Below the pieces are notes generated by a model. It was not told where the DNA came from, searched no databases, and worked only from the letters and a program-made list of their open reading frames with translations. DNA of 64,000 nucleotides from Desulfatiglandales bacterium. Its GTDB lineage: Bacteria; Desulfobacterota; DSM-4660; Desulfatiglandales; Desulfatiglandaceae. A program made the translations under genes and the position numbers. The stretch covers positions 1,856,001 through 1,920,000 of the forward strand of contig OY759599.1 of the NCBI GenBank assembly GCA_963662465.1, read 5' to 3'. This document shows positions 1 to 10,721 of the stretch, piece after piece; within the stretch, counting starts at the first letter, position 1; every line of letters begins with the position of its first letter.

Positions 1-127
1 CAAAATCCGGTTTGCCTTTTCGCCACTTGGATTCAGCCAGGTTTATAGCGCCTTCGCAATAACTTTTTCCCAGCCACGACAATTCTTTAGAATCACTTAA
101 GTTGGGTTTTCTTTTTTTTAAAACCAT
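1..127 (-). CDS. 5' end of a gene running off the window (MVLKKRKPNLSDSKELSWLGKSYCEGAIN...), product unknown
   Basis: ATG at 125-127 on the minus strand, open to position 1, downstream of a good sigma70 promoter. Confidence 0.5.
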   Translation of the reverse strand, partial: MVLKKRKPNLSDSKELSWLGKSYCEGAINLAESKWRKGKPDF

Positions 128-227
128 CCCGGTCTCAGTGCTTTCAGTTTATCTTAAGTCAAAATTTTAGGGTCAGGGTAAAAAAGCGCGGCCTGAATGA
201 AAAATCTCCCCAACCATTCGATTTGCG

Positions 228-256
228 AGTATAAAGCACATCAAATTGTGCGTCAA
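228..256 (-). promoter_or_regulatory. sigma70-type promoter TTGACG-17bp-TATACT
   Basis: Reverse complements of cgtcaa (251-256) and agtata (228-233), with a 17-bp spacer. Confidence 0.65.
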
Positions 257-283
257 CCAAAAACACAACACAACATGTGGTCT
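236..283. promoter_or_regulatory. Two candidate NrdR boxes, 32 bp apart
   Basis: gCACATCAAATTGTGc (236-251) and aCACAACATGTGGTct (268-283) resemble acaCwAtATaTwGtg; the first lies in the promoter spacer. Confidence 0.55.
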
Positions 284-347
284 ATAAAATCACTACACGT
301 CCGAGCAAAACCAATGGATGCACAGATCGCTGTTCCGACTCAATAAA

Positions 348-1658
348 TCACCCGGCATTAAATTTTTTCAGTATCATCATCCGACTGCTCGCGATCACGT
401 AACCCAAAAAACATAAAAGCAGCAGCCCCCCCAGCATTTCCGAATCCCTGGCTTTTATAAGATAGGCGGTAATGAAAACCACCACAAAGCCGAACAGAAC
501 GATCAGGGTCCGCGGCAAGCGCTTCAGTATGACGCGACCAAAATGAACAAACCGAATATGGCTTATCAGCAAAAATGAGGTCAAACAAACAATGGTCATT
601 ATGGCCCAGGGCCTGTTGCAGAACAGGCAGGCGCCCAGGGCGGCCATGGCCCCCGCAGGACTGGGCAGTCCGTTAAAAACACCGGCAGGCAGGCTGTGAT
701 CATGTTTGTCCCGGATGAGGTATCGCCACAGCCGAAACCCTATGGCCAAAGAATAAAGGCTCCCGAAAACGAAAAATGGGAGCGTCATCTCTCCTTTGAG
801 GATGATCAACAATCCCGGGCAGACGCCAAAACTAACCAGATCGGCAATATCATCAAACCAGGGCCCGAATTTGGTGCCGCCATGTTTCTCCGCCATCCGG
901 CCATCAAACAGATCAAAAATCTGTCCCGCAAGGATTGCCATGGTCGCATAGGCATACCATCCCTGAAAAACAAAAATGGTCCCCATAATACCGCAAAAAA
1001 GGTTTAACATGGATAAGATATCGGCATAAAATCGATTCGCTATCAGCTTAAAGACAATGGATGAAACGGACAGGATAATGCACAAATAAAGCATTTGCGT
1101 CGAAAAATCGGGGATTGGGAAAGCATCATTAAGGAGGGTGCAGTAAATGATCAAGGAAAAGCACAGCACCGCCTTGATCTTTCCAAAATTATTTGCCGCC
1201 ACTGAGAATAGGGTGAAATGCTTGATGATATATCTGACCAGGAACTGCCCGCATATCTCAACGCTCACCAAGACCCATACTGCGGCTACACTTAAATACC
1301 CCTCGTATGCAAAAAACAGGAGGGGGGGCAAATAGGTCAATTTATCGCATAAGGGATCAATTTCCTCTCCAAAAGGGGTCGTCAGGTTACACTGTCTGGC
1401 AACAAGCCCATCAACACCGTCCAGGACCGCCGAAATAGAAAACAAGAGGATGCCCAAAGCATGCTGCTCGGCCAGAAAATACAACAGCGTGCCCGAAATG
1501 CCGATGATCACTCGCCAGAGACAGATAAGATTGGGGTGAAAAAACCAGTGTTGGCCTAGAAAATTCCGTCCTTTTTCGGTCTTTAAAAGCAGAACGAAAG
1601 CCAGATACATCAAAAAGGAAATGAGTGCGGATATACTAATGTAAATAATCCTGTCCAA
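348..1658 (-). CDS. Membrane protein with two CDP-alcohol phosphatidyltransferase domains (PgsA-like plus PssA-like)
   Basis: Two DxxDGxxA...GxxxDxxxD motifs (DGVDGLVAR...GEEIDPLCD; DLFDGRMAE...GPWFDDIAD) and GLPSPAG; likely TTG start at 1658 after AAGGAG. Confidence 0.85.
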   Translation of the reverse strand: MDRIIYISISALISFLMYLAFVLLLKTEKGRNFLGQHWFFHPNLICLWRVIIGISGTLLYFLAEQHALGILLFSISAVLDGVDGLVARQCNLTTPFGEEIDPLCDKLTYLPPLLFFAYEGYLSVAAVWVLVSVEICGQFLVRYIIKHFTLFSVAANNFGKIKAVLCFSLIIYCTLLNDAFPIPDFSTQMLYLCIILSVSSIVFKLIANRFYADILSMLNLFCGIMGTIFVFQGWYAYATMAILAGQIFDLFDGRMAEKHGGTKFGPWFDDIADLVSFGVCPGLLIILKGEMTLPFFVFGSLYSLAIGFRLWRYLIRDKHDHSLPAGVFNGLPSPAGAMAALGACLFCNRPWAIMTIVCLTSFLLISHIRFVHFGRVILKRLPRTLIVLFGFVVVFITAYLIKARDSEMLGGLLLLCFLGYVIASSRMMILKKFNAG

Positions 1659-1845
1659 TGAAGTCTCCTTATGGCAAATAAGCAAATTCAGGCTGTTTAT
1701 CAGTTTTTTGTATGACGCCCGCTTGAGGCGAAACTACAATTTTGTCATATTTTTTTTACATAAATACAATTGTGTTTGGCAAAGAAGTGGGTCATGATTT
1801 ATTCAAATTACTGTTTTTAAAGACTTAAGCAGGGAATACTTCAAA

Positions 1846-1861
1846 TGGCATATGGTTTGCA
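1846..1861 (+). promoter_or_regulatory. sigma54 (-24/-12) promoter of amtB/P-II
   Basis: TGGCATATGGTTTGCA has exact GG-N10-GC spacing and ends 36 bp before amtB. Confidence 0.85.
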
Positions 1862-1897
1862 ATCTCTTTTTAAAAAAAAACAGGAGGAGAAAAAATT

Positions 1898-3118
1898 ATG
1901 AATGCAGGAGATACCGTTTTCGTACTGATATCCGCTGCCCTGGTAATGCTGATGACCCCGGGTCTGGCCCTTTTTTATGGTGGAATGGTTAGGAGCAAAA
2001 ATATTCTAGGGACACTCATGCAGAGTTTCGTCATTCTGGGGATCATTACCGTTGAGTGGGTACTTTGGGGCTACACCATGAGTTTTGGTCCGGATCACGG
2101 TGGCCTGATCGGAGGGTTAACCATGTTGGGGCTGAATGGCGTCGGGATGACGCCTAGTCCCGACTATGGTTCCACCATCCCTCAACTGGCCTTTATGATT
2201 TTTCAATGCATGTTTGCCATCATCACCCCGGCCCTCATCGCGGGTGCTGTTGCCGAACGCATGAAATTCAGTGCTTTTATCCTTTTTACGCTTTTGTGGT
2301 CTACATTTGTGTACAACCCCCTATGCCACTGGGTATGGGCTATGGGCGGATGGATGGGTAAGCTCGGCGCCCTTGATTTTGCGGGCGGCACGGTGGTGCA
2401 TATCAGCTCGGGGATTTCAGCCCTGGCCGCGGCCCTCCTTGTCGGCAGAAGACTGGGATATGGCGCCACGGCCTTCATCCCCCACAACCTTCCCATGACC
2501 CTCACAGGTGCTGCCCTTCTCTGGTTCGGGTGGTTCGGATTCAATGCCGGGAGCGCCCTGGCCGCCGACGGACTTGCCGCCAGCGCGTTCGTGGTCACCC
2601 ATATTGCCTCGGCCGTGGCGGCCCTATCGTGGATTATTTTTGAATGGATTCATCGAGGCAAACCCACCACTCTCGGCGTTGCTTCGGGAGCTGTTGCGGG
2701 ACTGGTGGCCATTACGCCCGCATCCGGCTTTGTGGGACCCATGAGTTCCATTGCCATCGGTTTCCTGGCGGGCGCTTTCTGCTACGGCGGCGTACTGCTG
2801 AAAACGAGACTGGGGTATGACGACTCCCTGGACGTGGTTGGGATTCACGGCGTAGGCGGCACCTGGGGAGCGCTTGCCACGGGACTGTTTGCCAGTACCG
2901 AGATCAATCCGGCCGGCGCAAACGGGCTATTCTTCGGGAATCCCGGCCAGTTGTGGATTCAGTTCGTCTCCGTTATCGCAACCATGGCCTTTGCCTTTGT
3001 CATGACATTGATAATTCTGAAAATAGTCGACAAGTTGGTGGGCCTTAGAATCACCGAAGATGAAGAACGAATGGGTATGGATACCAGCATCCATAATGAA
3101 GCGGGATACACCTATTAA
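1898..3118 (+). CDS. amtB: Ammonium transporter
   Basis: LMTPGLALFYGG, DFAGGTVVH, WFGWFGFNAGS and DDSLDVVGIHG motifs. Confidence 0.97.
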   Translation: MNAGDTVFVLISAALVMLMTPGLALFYGGMVRSKNILGTLMQSFVILGIITVEWVLWGYTMSFGPDHGGLIGGLTMLGLNGVGMTPSPDYGSTIPQLAFMIFQCMFAIITPALIAGAVAERMKFSAFILFTLLWSTFVYNPLCHWVWAMGGWMGKLGALDFAGGTVVHISSGISALAAALLVGRRLGYGATAFIPHNLPMTLTGAALLWFGWFGFNAGSALAADGLAASAFVVTHIASAVAALSWIIFEWIHRGKPTTLGVASGAVAGLVAITPASGFVGPMSSIAIGFLAGAFCYGGVLLKTRLGYDDSLDVVGIHGVGGTWGALATGLFASTEINPAGANGLFFGNPGQLWIQFVSVIATMAFAFVMTLIILKIVDKLVGLRITEDEERMGMDTSIHNEAGYTY

Positions 3119-3123
3119 ATTAG

Positions 3124-3616
<493 letters not shown>

Positions 3617-3775
3617 TTGTAAACCGCAAACCAATTATAAGTTACAAAACCATTATAAGTTACAGGGTACCGGGAAAGATGTTGTGATTTTGCTGAAATA
3701 AGCCCCTTGACACAAGCCTTTTGGAAATGTAACACATGGGCCTTGATCAAACCAAGTCTCGACGGGGAGGGTTAA

Positions 3776-5257
3776 ATGAGACATAAAAGGCCCGAAACGA
3801 AAGGCGTTTATTTTTTACTGGCGTTGTGGTTCCTGTTCGTCGTTTGTCCGAATTCCCTGCCGGCTGCGGAGGGGGACAAAAAGTGGGAGATTTCTTTGGG
3901 GAGCAGTATTTATTCCTCCCCGGCCATCGGGTCCACCGGCGTCATCTATGTGGGTGGGCAGGACAGCAATCTCTATGCCGTAAATTCCGACGGAACCCTG
4001 AAATGGACCTTTGAAACGGCAGGCGAAATCAGTTCTTCACCCGCCGTTGGCTACGACGACATTGTCTACGTGGGTTCGGAAGACGGGAATTTCTATGCCG
4101 TCAAATCGGACGGCACTCAAAACTGGGTTTTTTCGGAGGCAACCGGCGGCATAACCTCCTCCCCGGCCATCGGGTCCACCGGCACGGTCTATTTTGGCTC
4201 AAAAGACATGAAGCTGTATGCCGTCAAATCAGACGGCACAACCGAGCAGGGGGAATGGCCCTTTACTGCTAACGGCGCCATAACCGCTTCTCCGGTTGTG
4301 GCCTCGGATGGAACCATTTATGTGGGTTCAGAAAGCGGCAAACTTTATGCCGTTAAATCAACCGGGAAAAAAAACTGGGAATTTCCCTCTAGTACCACCA
4401 TTGGCAGCATCCATTCCTCCCCAGCCATTGGCGCGGATGGAACCCTCTACGTGGGTTCCGATGACTTCAAGGTTTACGCCGTCAGTTCCGATGGAACTGA
4501 GAAATGGACCTTCACAACCAGCGGAAAAGTACTCTCATCCCCTTCGATTCGCGGAGACGGCGTCATCCTGGTGGGATCAAATGATGGAAAGCTCTATGCC
4601 ATCACAAAGGAAGGCACTTCATTCTGGGCTTTTTCAGCTGATAATAACCCGGTCCGTTCCTCTCCGGCGATAGGCCTTGATGAAACCCTCTATTTTGGCT
4701 CGGATGATCAGAAACTCTACGCCATAAATGCCAGTGGTGTGGAAAAGTGGCGTTTCCTGGCGGAGGGCAAGGTCTCTGCGTCTCCGGCCATCGGTTTCGG
4801 GGGAGATATCTACGTGGGAACGGAAGCCGGAAAACTGTATGCAATTGAAAGCAATTCCGTGCGGCTTGCCTCCGGCTTGTGGCCCTCTTTTCACCACGAC
4901 GTTCGACATACAGGTCGAAACTATACCAATTCAGGGCCGGCGGCCGACGCGGGTGCAGATCAAACCGTAAAATCCGGCAACACGGTCACCTTAAGCGGTT
5001 CTGATACATTGGATCCCGATTATGGCATTCCACTCTACAATTGGACCCAGACCGAGGGCGACACGGTCACGTTAAATGATTCCGCTTCCGTTACGCCGAG
5101 TTTTTCCGCTCCCAGTGTTGATGATGACAGTAAAACACTCACGTTTCAACTGGAAGTAACCGACAACGGCGGCTTGACAGATACGGATACGGTCCAGATT
5201 ACCGTCGAAAAAAATGACGATGACGGCGGTTGCTTTATCGGTGCAATCACAAATTAA
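3776..5257 (+). CDS. Secreted PQQ-like (BamB-type) beta-propeller protein with a PKD/Ig-like domain and C-terminal DDDGGCFI (CFI-box-like) motif
   Basis: Signal peptide; 8 SSPAIG-DGT-YVGS-D-KLYA-W-F repeats; PAADAGADQTV...LTFQLEVTD; C-terminus NDDDGGCFIGAITN. Confidence 0.85.
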   Translation: MRHKRPETKGVYFLLALWFLFVVCPNSLPAAEGDKKWEISLGSSIYSSPAIGSTGVIYVGGQDSNLYAVNSDGTLKWTFETAGEISSSPAVGYDDIVYVGSEDGNFYAVKSDGTQNWVFSEATGGITSSPAIGSTGTVYFGSKDMKLYAVKSDGTTEQGEWPFTANGAITASPVVASDGTIYVGSESGKLYAVKSTGKKNWEFPSSTTIGSIHSSPAIGADGTLYVGSDDFKVYAVSSDGTEKWTFTTSGKVLSSPSIRGDGVILVGSNDGKLYAITKEGTSFWAFSADNNPVRSSPAIGLDETLYFGSDDQKLYAINASGVEKWRFLAEGKVSASPAIGFGGDIYVGTEAGKLYAIESNSVRLASGLWPSFHHDVRHTGRNYTNSGPAADAGADQTVKSGNTVTLSGSDTLDPDYGIPLYNWTQTEGDTVTLNDSASVTPSFSAPSVDDDSKTLTFQLEVTDNGGLTDTDTVQITVEKNDDDGGCFIGAITN

Positions 5258-5297
5258 GAATGAAACCGGAACTGCCCTTTATTCAACTCCGGATGCT

Positions 5298-5960
5298 TCA
5301 AGTGCTGACAAAAGAAATGGTAAAAATGGCCATATTTCCCAGAGCATGAAGGGTGATGGGAACCATGAGATTTCTCTCTGCCTCATATGCCAGGGCAAAA
5401 ACAATTGCACCGACGAAGTGGGTGAAGCAAATCCCGGAAAAAGCCATATGGGCCGAAATAAATGCCAGCGAACTCAGAACAACCGCGATGACAGCTCCCC
5501 ACCGCCTCAGAAAACCATAAACAACCCCCCTGAAAAACAGTTCTTCCGCCACGGGGGAGAGGATGCCGCCCACAAGGAAAAATAGAATTACATCACCCGT
5601 TCTGACGGGTAAAGGGGTTTTGATGAAGGATAACGGATCAATCCTTACGACCAAAAGAAAACCGGAAACGAAGAAGACAATTCCTCCCACCCCCCCGGAC
5701 CAGACCAAACCTCTCCTGAGCCCTTGAAACACTGTCCCCTGTGACAATCCGACAGCCGAAATCCCTTTTTTCCCAATAAGGACAACTCCGACCATCAGGC
5801 CCGCTTCAATCAAACGCGATACGCTCAAGAGAACCAGCGGAGAAACGGTCTCATGCCATGCCACTGTTCTCAAGGACGTCTCCACCGCCATAATGCCAAA
5901 AAGAACCATGACCAGCGTTCCGATATCGATAGGGTCTATGGCGACTTTACCTGCGTCCAT
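5298..5960 (-). CDS. CPBP/Abi (CAAX-protease-like) intramembrane glutamic metalloprotease
   Basis: PVAEELFFRG, FISAH and HALGN motifs in a multi-TM protein. Confidence 0.9.
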   Translation of the reverse strand: MDAGKVAIDPIDIGTLVMVLFGIMAVETSLRTVAWHETVSPLVLLSVSRLIEAGLMVGVVLIGKKGISAVGLSQGTVFQGLRRGLVWSGGVGGIVFFVSGFLLVVRIDPLSFIKTPLPVRTGDVILFFLVGGILSPVAEELFFRGVVYGFLRRWGAVIAVVLSSLAFISAHMAFSGICFTHFVGAIVFALAYEAERNLMVPITLHALGNMAIFTISFVST

Positions 5961-5981
5961 GTAAAAGAAATGTAAAAAAAT

Positions 5982-6024
5982 AAAAAAAAGGCATGCCTTT
6001 TTTCAACACGGCATGCCTTTTTTT
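5982..6024 (-). terminator. Rho-independent terminator after the csp gene (possibly bidirectional)
   Basis: aaaaaaaaggcatgcc ... ggcatgccttttttt inverted repeat. Confidence 0.75.
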
Positions 6025-6047
6025 AAATCAAAAATAGATCGTTTTTA

Positions 6048-6248
6048 CTAAACAACAGTTACATTCACCGCCGCAGGACCCTTCTGTCCCTGCTCAACTT
6101 CAAACGTAACCTGATCGCCTTCGCTAAGATCCTTAAACCCGGAACCATTGATCCCCGTATGATGCACAAATACATCCGGACCATCTTCCTGCTCAATGAA
6201 CCCATACCCCTTGCTGCTGTTAAACCATTTTACAACGCCACTCGCCAT
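6048..6248 (-). CDS. Cold-shock protein, CspA family
   Basis: [15 protein letters not shown] and DVFVHH. Confidence 0.97.
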   Translation of the reverse strand: MASGVVKWFNSSKGYGFIEQEDGPDVFVHHTGINGSGFKDLSEGDQVTFEVEQGQKGPAAVNVTVV

Positions 6249-6515
6249 AATGACACCCTCCTTTCAAAAATTTCTCATAGTTCCAGACTTCAGGCGCCAC
6301 TTTAACAAATGGATCATTCCTTTAGCGCGAAACATGCCCGTAAAACAAAAGACGGACGCTTTATGATAGCCGCATAATAATCGCTTTTTCCCCGAAGTCA
6401 ACCCAAAACAGCAGCAATTCTCATTTCGAAAATATTTCTTCGGTCAGGCCTCTTTTCGAGTATGAAAAACCGTTTTGGGACTCGATTTGTACCATTGACC
6501 GGAAAGCATAAGATT

Positions 6516-7232
6516 TTACCAGCGGAAACTGACCTTCAAGCCTGAATCACAGGAGTCCAAAGAAATACGCATGTTTTCCCCGGAACGATCGGATACCATC
6601 CGTCGGTATTGTTCCCAGTCCTCTTTAGGGCCGCCCGGCTGGCCGAGGATATAGATTTCACCACCGATGAATCCGACGCCGGCGCTGATGGCGCCGCCGG
6701 CAACATCTCCCGCTTTCCCGGTTGCCACCCCTACCCCTGCGTTTAGCAACAGGTTACAGAGATGGAGAACCCAGTTTTCCCGCTCACATGCCCGTTTTGC
6801 ATTGTTTCTTAACAGGGTCTCCGCAGCTTCCAGTTTTTTCAGCTTTTGACCATGGGTTGCCTCCGGCAGGTTGCGGATCGGATCCGCGCCATAGCGCGCC
6901 TCAAGCGGTCTAAAAAGAAGATCCGCCACCCCCAGGGCAGCCAAACCCGCCTGGGACCCGAAATTCACGCGATCCGCAGTGTCGTCGGTGAGTCCCGCCG
7001 CCACACCCAGACCCACCATAGCCCCACTGTTAATGGCCATCCAGCTCCAATACCAGATTTCACCATGCCGTTTATGGGCCTCCAGTTTCGCTTCAATAAA
7101 CCGGATGCGATGGTCAATGACGGCATCAGAAAGCGCCGCATTATCCCAGGCAATCTGTTTGGGGTGCGGCCCGGCGCATGCCGAAATGCCAAAAATATAA
7201 AGCAGCATGAATACAACATTGAGATATTTCAT
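6516..7232 (-). CDS. Hypothetical membrane lipoprotein
   Basis: Lipobox-like ISAC after a hydrophobic N-terminus, Gly-rich helices, ends FRW; overlaps the upstream stop codon. Confidence 0.65.
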   Translation of the reverse strand: MKYLNVVFMLLYIFGISACAGPHPKQIAWDNAALSDAVIDHRIRFIEAKLEAHKRHGEIWYWSWMAINSGAMVGLGVAAGLTDDTADRVNFGSQAGLAALGVADLLFRPLEARYGADPIRNLPEATHGQKLKKLEAAETLLRNNAKRACERENWVLHLCNLLLNAGVGVATGKAGDVAGGAISAGVGFIGGEIYILGQPGGPKEDWEQYRRMVSDRSGENMRISLDSCDSGLKVSFRW

Positions 7233-8719
7233 TCCAAATCCAACCCTTTATGCCACTGTTTTACCATGGTATCGGCATTCATTTCACCCAAGCCCTTTAA
7301 TTCCAGAAATTGCCGCAGGTCATACTGGTTCCCCTCGGCCCACCAACCTTTCAGAATTCGTCCCGTTTCGGGTTCAAGCATCCATCGGGGTCCCAGTCGT
7401 TCCTTCAAATGGCTTTCCAAAACGGTTTCCCCCATCCATCCAAGAACGTAATCCAGGCAGTACAGCTCGGGAACCAGATCGAAAAGATGGCTTTCCGGCT
7501 GATAGTAAAAACCGGTATAACGTGCCATCATCCGGGCGTAAGGCGCCCCATTCGAAAGATCTCCCCGCATAAACATGTCATATTCCGCCATAAATTTGGC
7601 CGCATAGCGCCTGAACATGGAAAGGTCCTTCAGGGTTTTATGGTAGGACAGTTTTTTCGAATTCTCAGGGGAAAGCCCCAGGGATTCTTCCAGAAAAGGG
7701 ATTGAAAGCACCAGGCTCTGATTCAAAAAGGCAAAGGCTTCCGACAGAGCAAAGGAGGTCCCCATATCCCGCATCACCATGGAAATATCCGGCGAGGTAA
7801 AAGCCGCCGACAACCCGTGCCCCAATTCATGCCACAGCGTCTCCAGATCGCCCCACCCTCCTTCCGGGCGCATAAGAACATAAATCTCTTCCGGAACCTG
7901 CAACATGAGACAGATTGCCTGAGCGTTTTTGCCTGTCTCACGGCCCAGTTCCAATGTCAATCCGGGCGTGGCAGCCGGATTAATGGCCCAGTTCTTAAAA
8001 AACGGGGTTAGCGCATCCAAGGCCCTCCCGGGTAACAGGTCATCGAATTGCCGCAGGCTCAACAGGTTGATGGCGTCAAACCGGGTCAGATCGGAAAGGG
8101 GCCGATGGAATCGCTTTTGGCACCACCGTTTCATGGCCTCGAAATAGACTTCATCCGTCGCTTCAAGAAGTTTCTTCAAATAATCATAATAATAGGCATA
8201 ATCAATCCCCTTCTTTTTCCCGCAGTATGCCACGTAGTTCTCATAACCCAGGTCATCGGCAAGAATTTCCAGCAGAATCTTCCAATAATTCACGGCAAAG
8301 GGCTTTAGAAACTTACAGAGGGGACCGGTTTCTTTCTGAAGCGCCTGTCGCTTTTCATAGTTGCTGAATTTCTGACACCAGGGGATAATTTCCCCGAAGT
8401 AGATTTTTTCTCCATCCACATGCGCGGCAGCGCCCCTCATCCAGAGGCGCATTTCGTTTTCGTGGGGCAACAGACTCTGTTGCAGGTAGTGATCGATCAA
8501 TGCAAATCGCAACCGCTGTTTTTCAGGTTCCCTTGCAATATGCTCGATACGCGAAATTGTGTTCTGGTTGATAAAATCCTCATATCCTTTGTACAGTTCA
8601 TAGGCTTTAAAAGGAATTTTGTTTCCCTTCCAGAGGGCGAGGGCCTGAAGATTCCATCTGTAGTTCAGGTGATAAAGAATATTTTCGATTTCCGAAAGGT
8701 TAAGCTGGGATAATTTCAT
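7229..8719 (-). CDS. M3/oligoendopeptidase-F-like zincin metallopeptidase
   Basis: TLWHELGHGL with a downstream SEAFAF third-ligand motif. Confidence 0.7.
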   Translation of the reverse strand: MKLSQLNLSEIENILYHLNYRWNLQALALWKGNKIPFKAYELYKGYEDFINQNTISRIEHIAREPEKQRLRFALIDHYLQQSLLPHENEMRLWMRGAAAHVDGEKIYFGEIIPWCQKFSNYEKRQALQKETGPLCKFLKPFAVNYWKILLEILADDLGYENYVAYCGKKKGIDYAYYYDYLKKLLEATDEVYFEAMKRWCQKRFHRPLSDLTRFDAINLLSLRQFDDLLPGRALDALTPFFKNWAINPAATPGLTLELGRETGKNAQAICLMLQVPEEIYVLMRPEGGWGDLETLWHELGHGLSAAFTSPDISMVMRDMGTSFALSEAFAFLNQSLVLSIPFLEESLGLSPENSKKLSYHKTLKDLSMFRRYAAKFMAEYDMFMRGDLSNGAPYARMMARYTGFYYQPESHLFDLVPELYCLDYVLGWMGETVLESHLKERLGPRWMLEPETGRILKGWWAEGNQYDLRQFLELKGLGEMNADTMVKQWHKGLDLE

Positions 8720-8948
8720 AATGTCTCGGTCTTACGCTCTATACGGCAGTTTCTCTGACTCGAACGAAACTTTTAAATCAAACTATTTTTTGGGAAGGCA
8801 TTAACAATCGTTATCTTGACGAATCCATCAGGTTTGTAAAACTTTTGTAAAACATATCCAGAGGCCTTTAAGCTTTTCTTTTATTGTATTAGCATACGGA
8901 TACTATTTCAACCGACAAAAATCTATAACCGCGAATGGAGAGAAAAAA

Positions 8949-10721
8949 ATGATACCGACACAGCCTGTTCACAGGCTTGGAACCCGGGCCAAAATATTGT
9001 TGTCAAGCGTTTTTGGCCCCTATGCCCAGGACGATGCCTATGGCAGCCGCAAGATCAACCCCATGGAGCTTTACCAAAATCAGGTCACGCGAACACAAGG
9101 CGCCTTTTCCCTTCGCATGTTTCATCGGTCCTTTGGATTGATGCTGCTTCAGGCGAACATTGACGCTCCCTGCACCCTTTTGGACTTTCCCTCCCAGGAG
9201 CGATTTATCGAAGAACTCAAAAATTCTTCCTATGACATTGTGGGCATCAGCGGCATTATTCCGAATATCGGGAAGGTCAAGAGGATGTGCGACCTTGTGA
9301 GAACACACCAGCCCAATGCAACGCTTGTGGTGGGCGGACATGTGGTCAACAAGGAGAATATCCACGACATAATCAGTGCGGACCATATCGTCAGAGGAGA
9401 CGGGGTCAGATGGTTTAGGAAATTTCTGGGCCAGAACGAAGACGAGCCGGTCCGGCATCCGGTGACGTATTCGGGGAACGGCACCCGGATTATGGGCGTC
9501 CCCCTGAATGAGAAGGTTGGCGATACCGCCGCCATCCTGATCCCTTCCGTGGGGTGTCCCATGGGGTGTAATTTTTGTTCCACTTCCGCCATGTTCGGCG
9601 GGAAAGGCAAGTTTATCAATTTTTACGAGACAGGCGACGAACTGTTCGGCGTCATGCGGGGGATTGAAGAAAAACTCAAAGTCCGATCCTTTTTTATCCT
9701 GGATGAGAATTTCCTCCTGCATCGCAAAAGAGCCCTTCGACTCCTTGAACTGATGGAACAAAACCAAAAAAGCTGGTCTTTATACGTTTTCAGTTCCGCT
9801 CGTGTATTAAAAAGCTATCGCATTGAGCAACTGGTGGGGCTGGGGGTTTCCTGGGTCTGGACCGGACTGGAAGGGGAAGACAGCCGGTATCAGAAGCTCA
9901 AAAATGTGGACACCCGGTCATTTGTGGCCCATTTACAATCCCACGGCATTTGTGTTCTGGGGTCCTCCATTATCGGAATGGAAAACCACACCCCCGAAAA
10001 CATCGATCAGATCATCGATCATGCGATCAGCCACAATACGGATTTTCACCAATTCATGCTTTACACCCCGATTCCCGGCACACAACTGCATGCGCAGCAC
10101 AAGGCCGATGGAACCCTGCTCCCTGAATCGGAATTTCCGGCTTGCGATACCCACGGACAATACCGCTTCAATTACCGGCATCGACACATCCGCAACGGTC
10201 GGGAAGGAGAGTATCTTCTCAATGCTTTTCGCCGGGATTTCGAAGTCAACGGCCCCAGTCTCGCCCGATTGATCGGGACCACCCTCAAGGGCTGGCAAAA
10301 ATATAAAAATCATCCGGATCAAAGGATTCGCAGCCGTTTTATATTGAAGGCAAAATCCCTTCGAACCACCTACGCGGGTGCGGTCTGGGCCATGAAGAAA
10401 TGGTCGCGGGGCAACGAACCGATGGCGGCAAAAATGGACACGCTCCTGAGTAGGCTTTACCGGGAGTTTGGCTGGAAAACAAGGCTGGTTGCCCCAATGG
10501 CCGGAATGTATCTTTACCACAGTCTAAAAAAGGAAGAAGTTCGCCTTCAAAACGGATGGTCCTATGAACCGCAAGCCTTTTATGAAAAAAACGCGGCGGC
10601 CCTGGCCCTTGAGCATCAGCAAAAAAACGAAAGGCCCGTCAAGGCCACGGTTCCGTGGGTGACCGGAAATCTCACACCTGTTTTTGGCGGCATTCGAGCC
10701 GGCGTTTTGGCGTCAAAATGA
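8949..10721 (+). CDS. Cobalamin-binding radical SAM protein
   Basis: DIVGIS...VVGGH B12-binding domain and GCPMGCNFC. Confidence 0.9.
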   Translation: MIPTQPVHRLGTRAKILLSSVFGPYAQDDAYGSRKINPMELYQNQVTRTQGAFSLRMFHRSFGLMLLQANIDAPCTLLDFPSQERFIEELKNSSYDIVGISGIIPNIGKVKRMCDLVRTHQPNATLVVGGHVVNKENIHDIISADHIVRGDGVRWFRKFLGQNEDEPVRHPVTYSGNGTRIMGVPLNEKVGDTAAILIPSVGCPMGCNFCSTSAMFGGKGKFINFYETGDELFGVMRGIEEKLKVRSFFILDENFLLHRKRALRLLELMEQNQKSWSLYVFSSARVLKSYRIEQLVGLGVSWVWTGLEGEDSRYQKLKNVDTRSFVAHLQSHGICVLGSSIIGMENHTPENIDQIIDHAISHNTDFHQFMLYTPIPGTQLHAQHKADGTLLPESEFPACDTHGQYRFNYRHRHIRNGREGEYLLNAFRRDFEVNGPSLARLIGTTLKGWQKYKNHPDQRIRSRFILKAKSLRTTYAGAVWAMKKWSRGNEPMAAKMDTLLSRLYREFGWKTRLVAPMAGMYLYHSLKKEEVRLQNGWSYEPQAFYEKNAAALALEHQQKNERPVKATVPWVTGNLTPVFGGIRAGVLASK

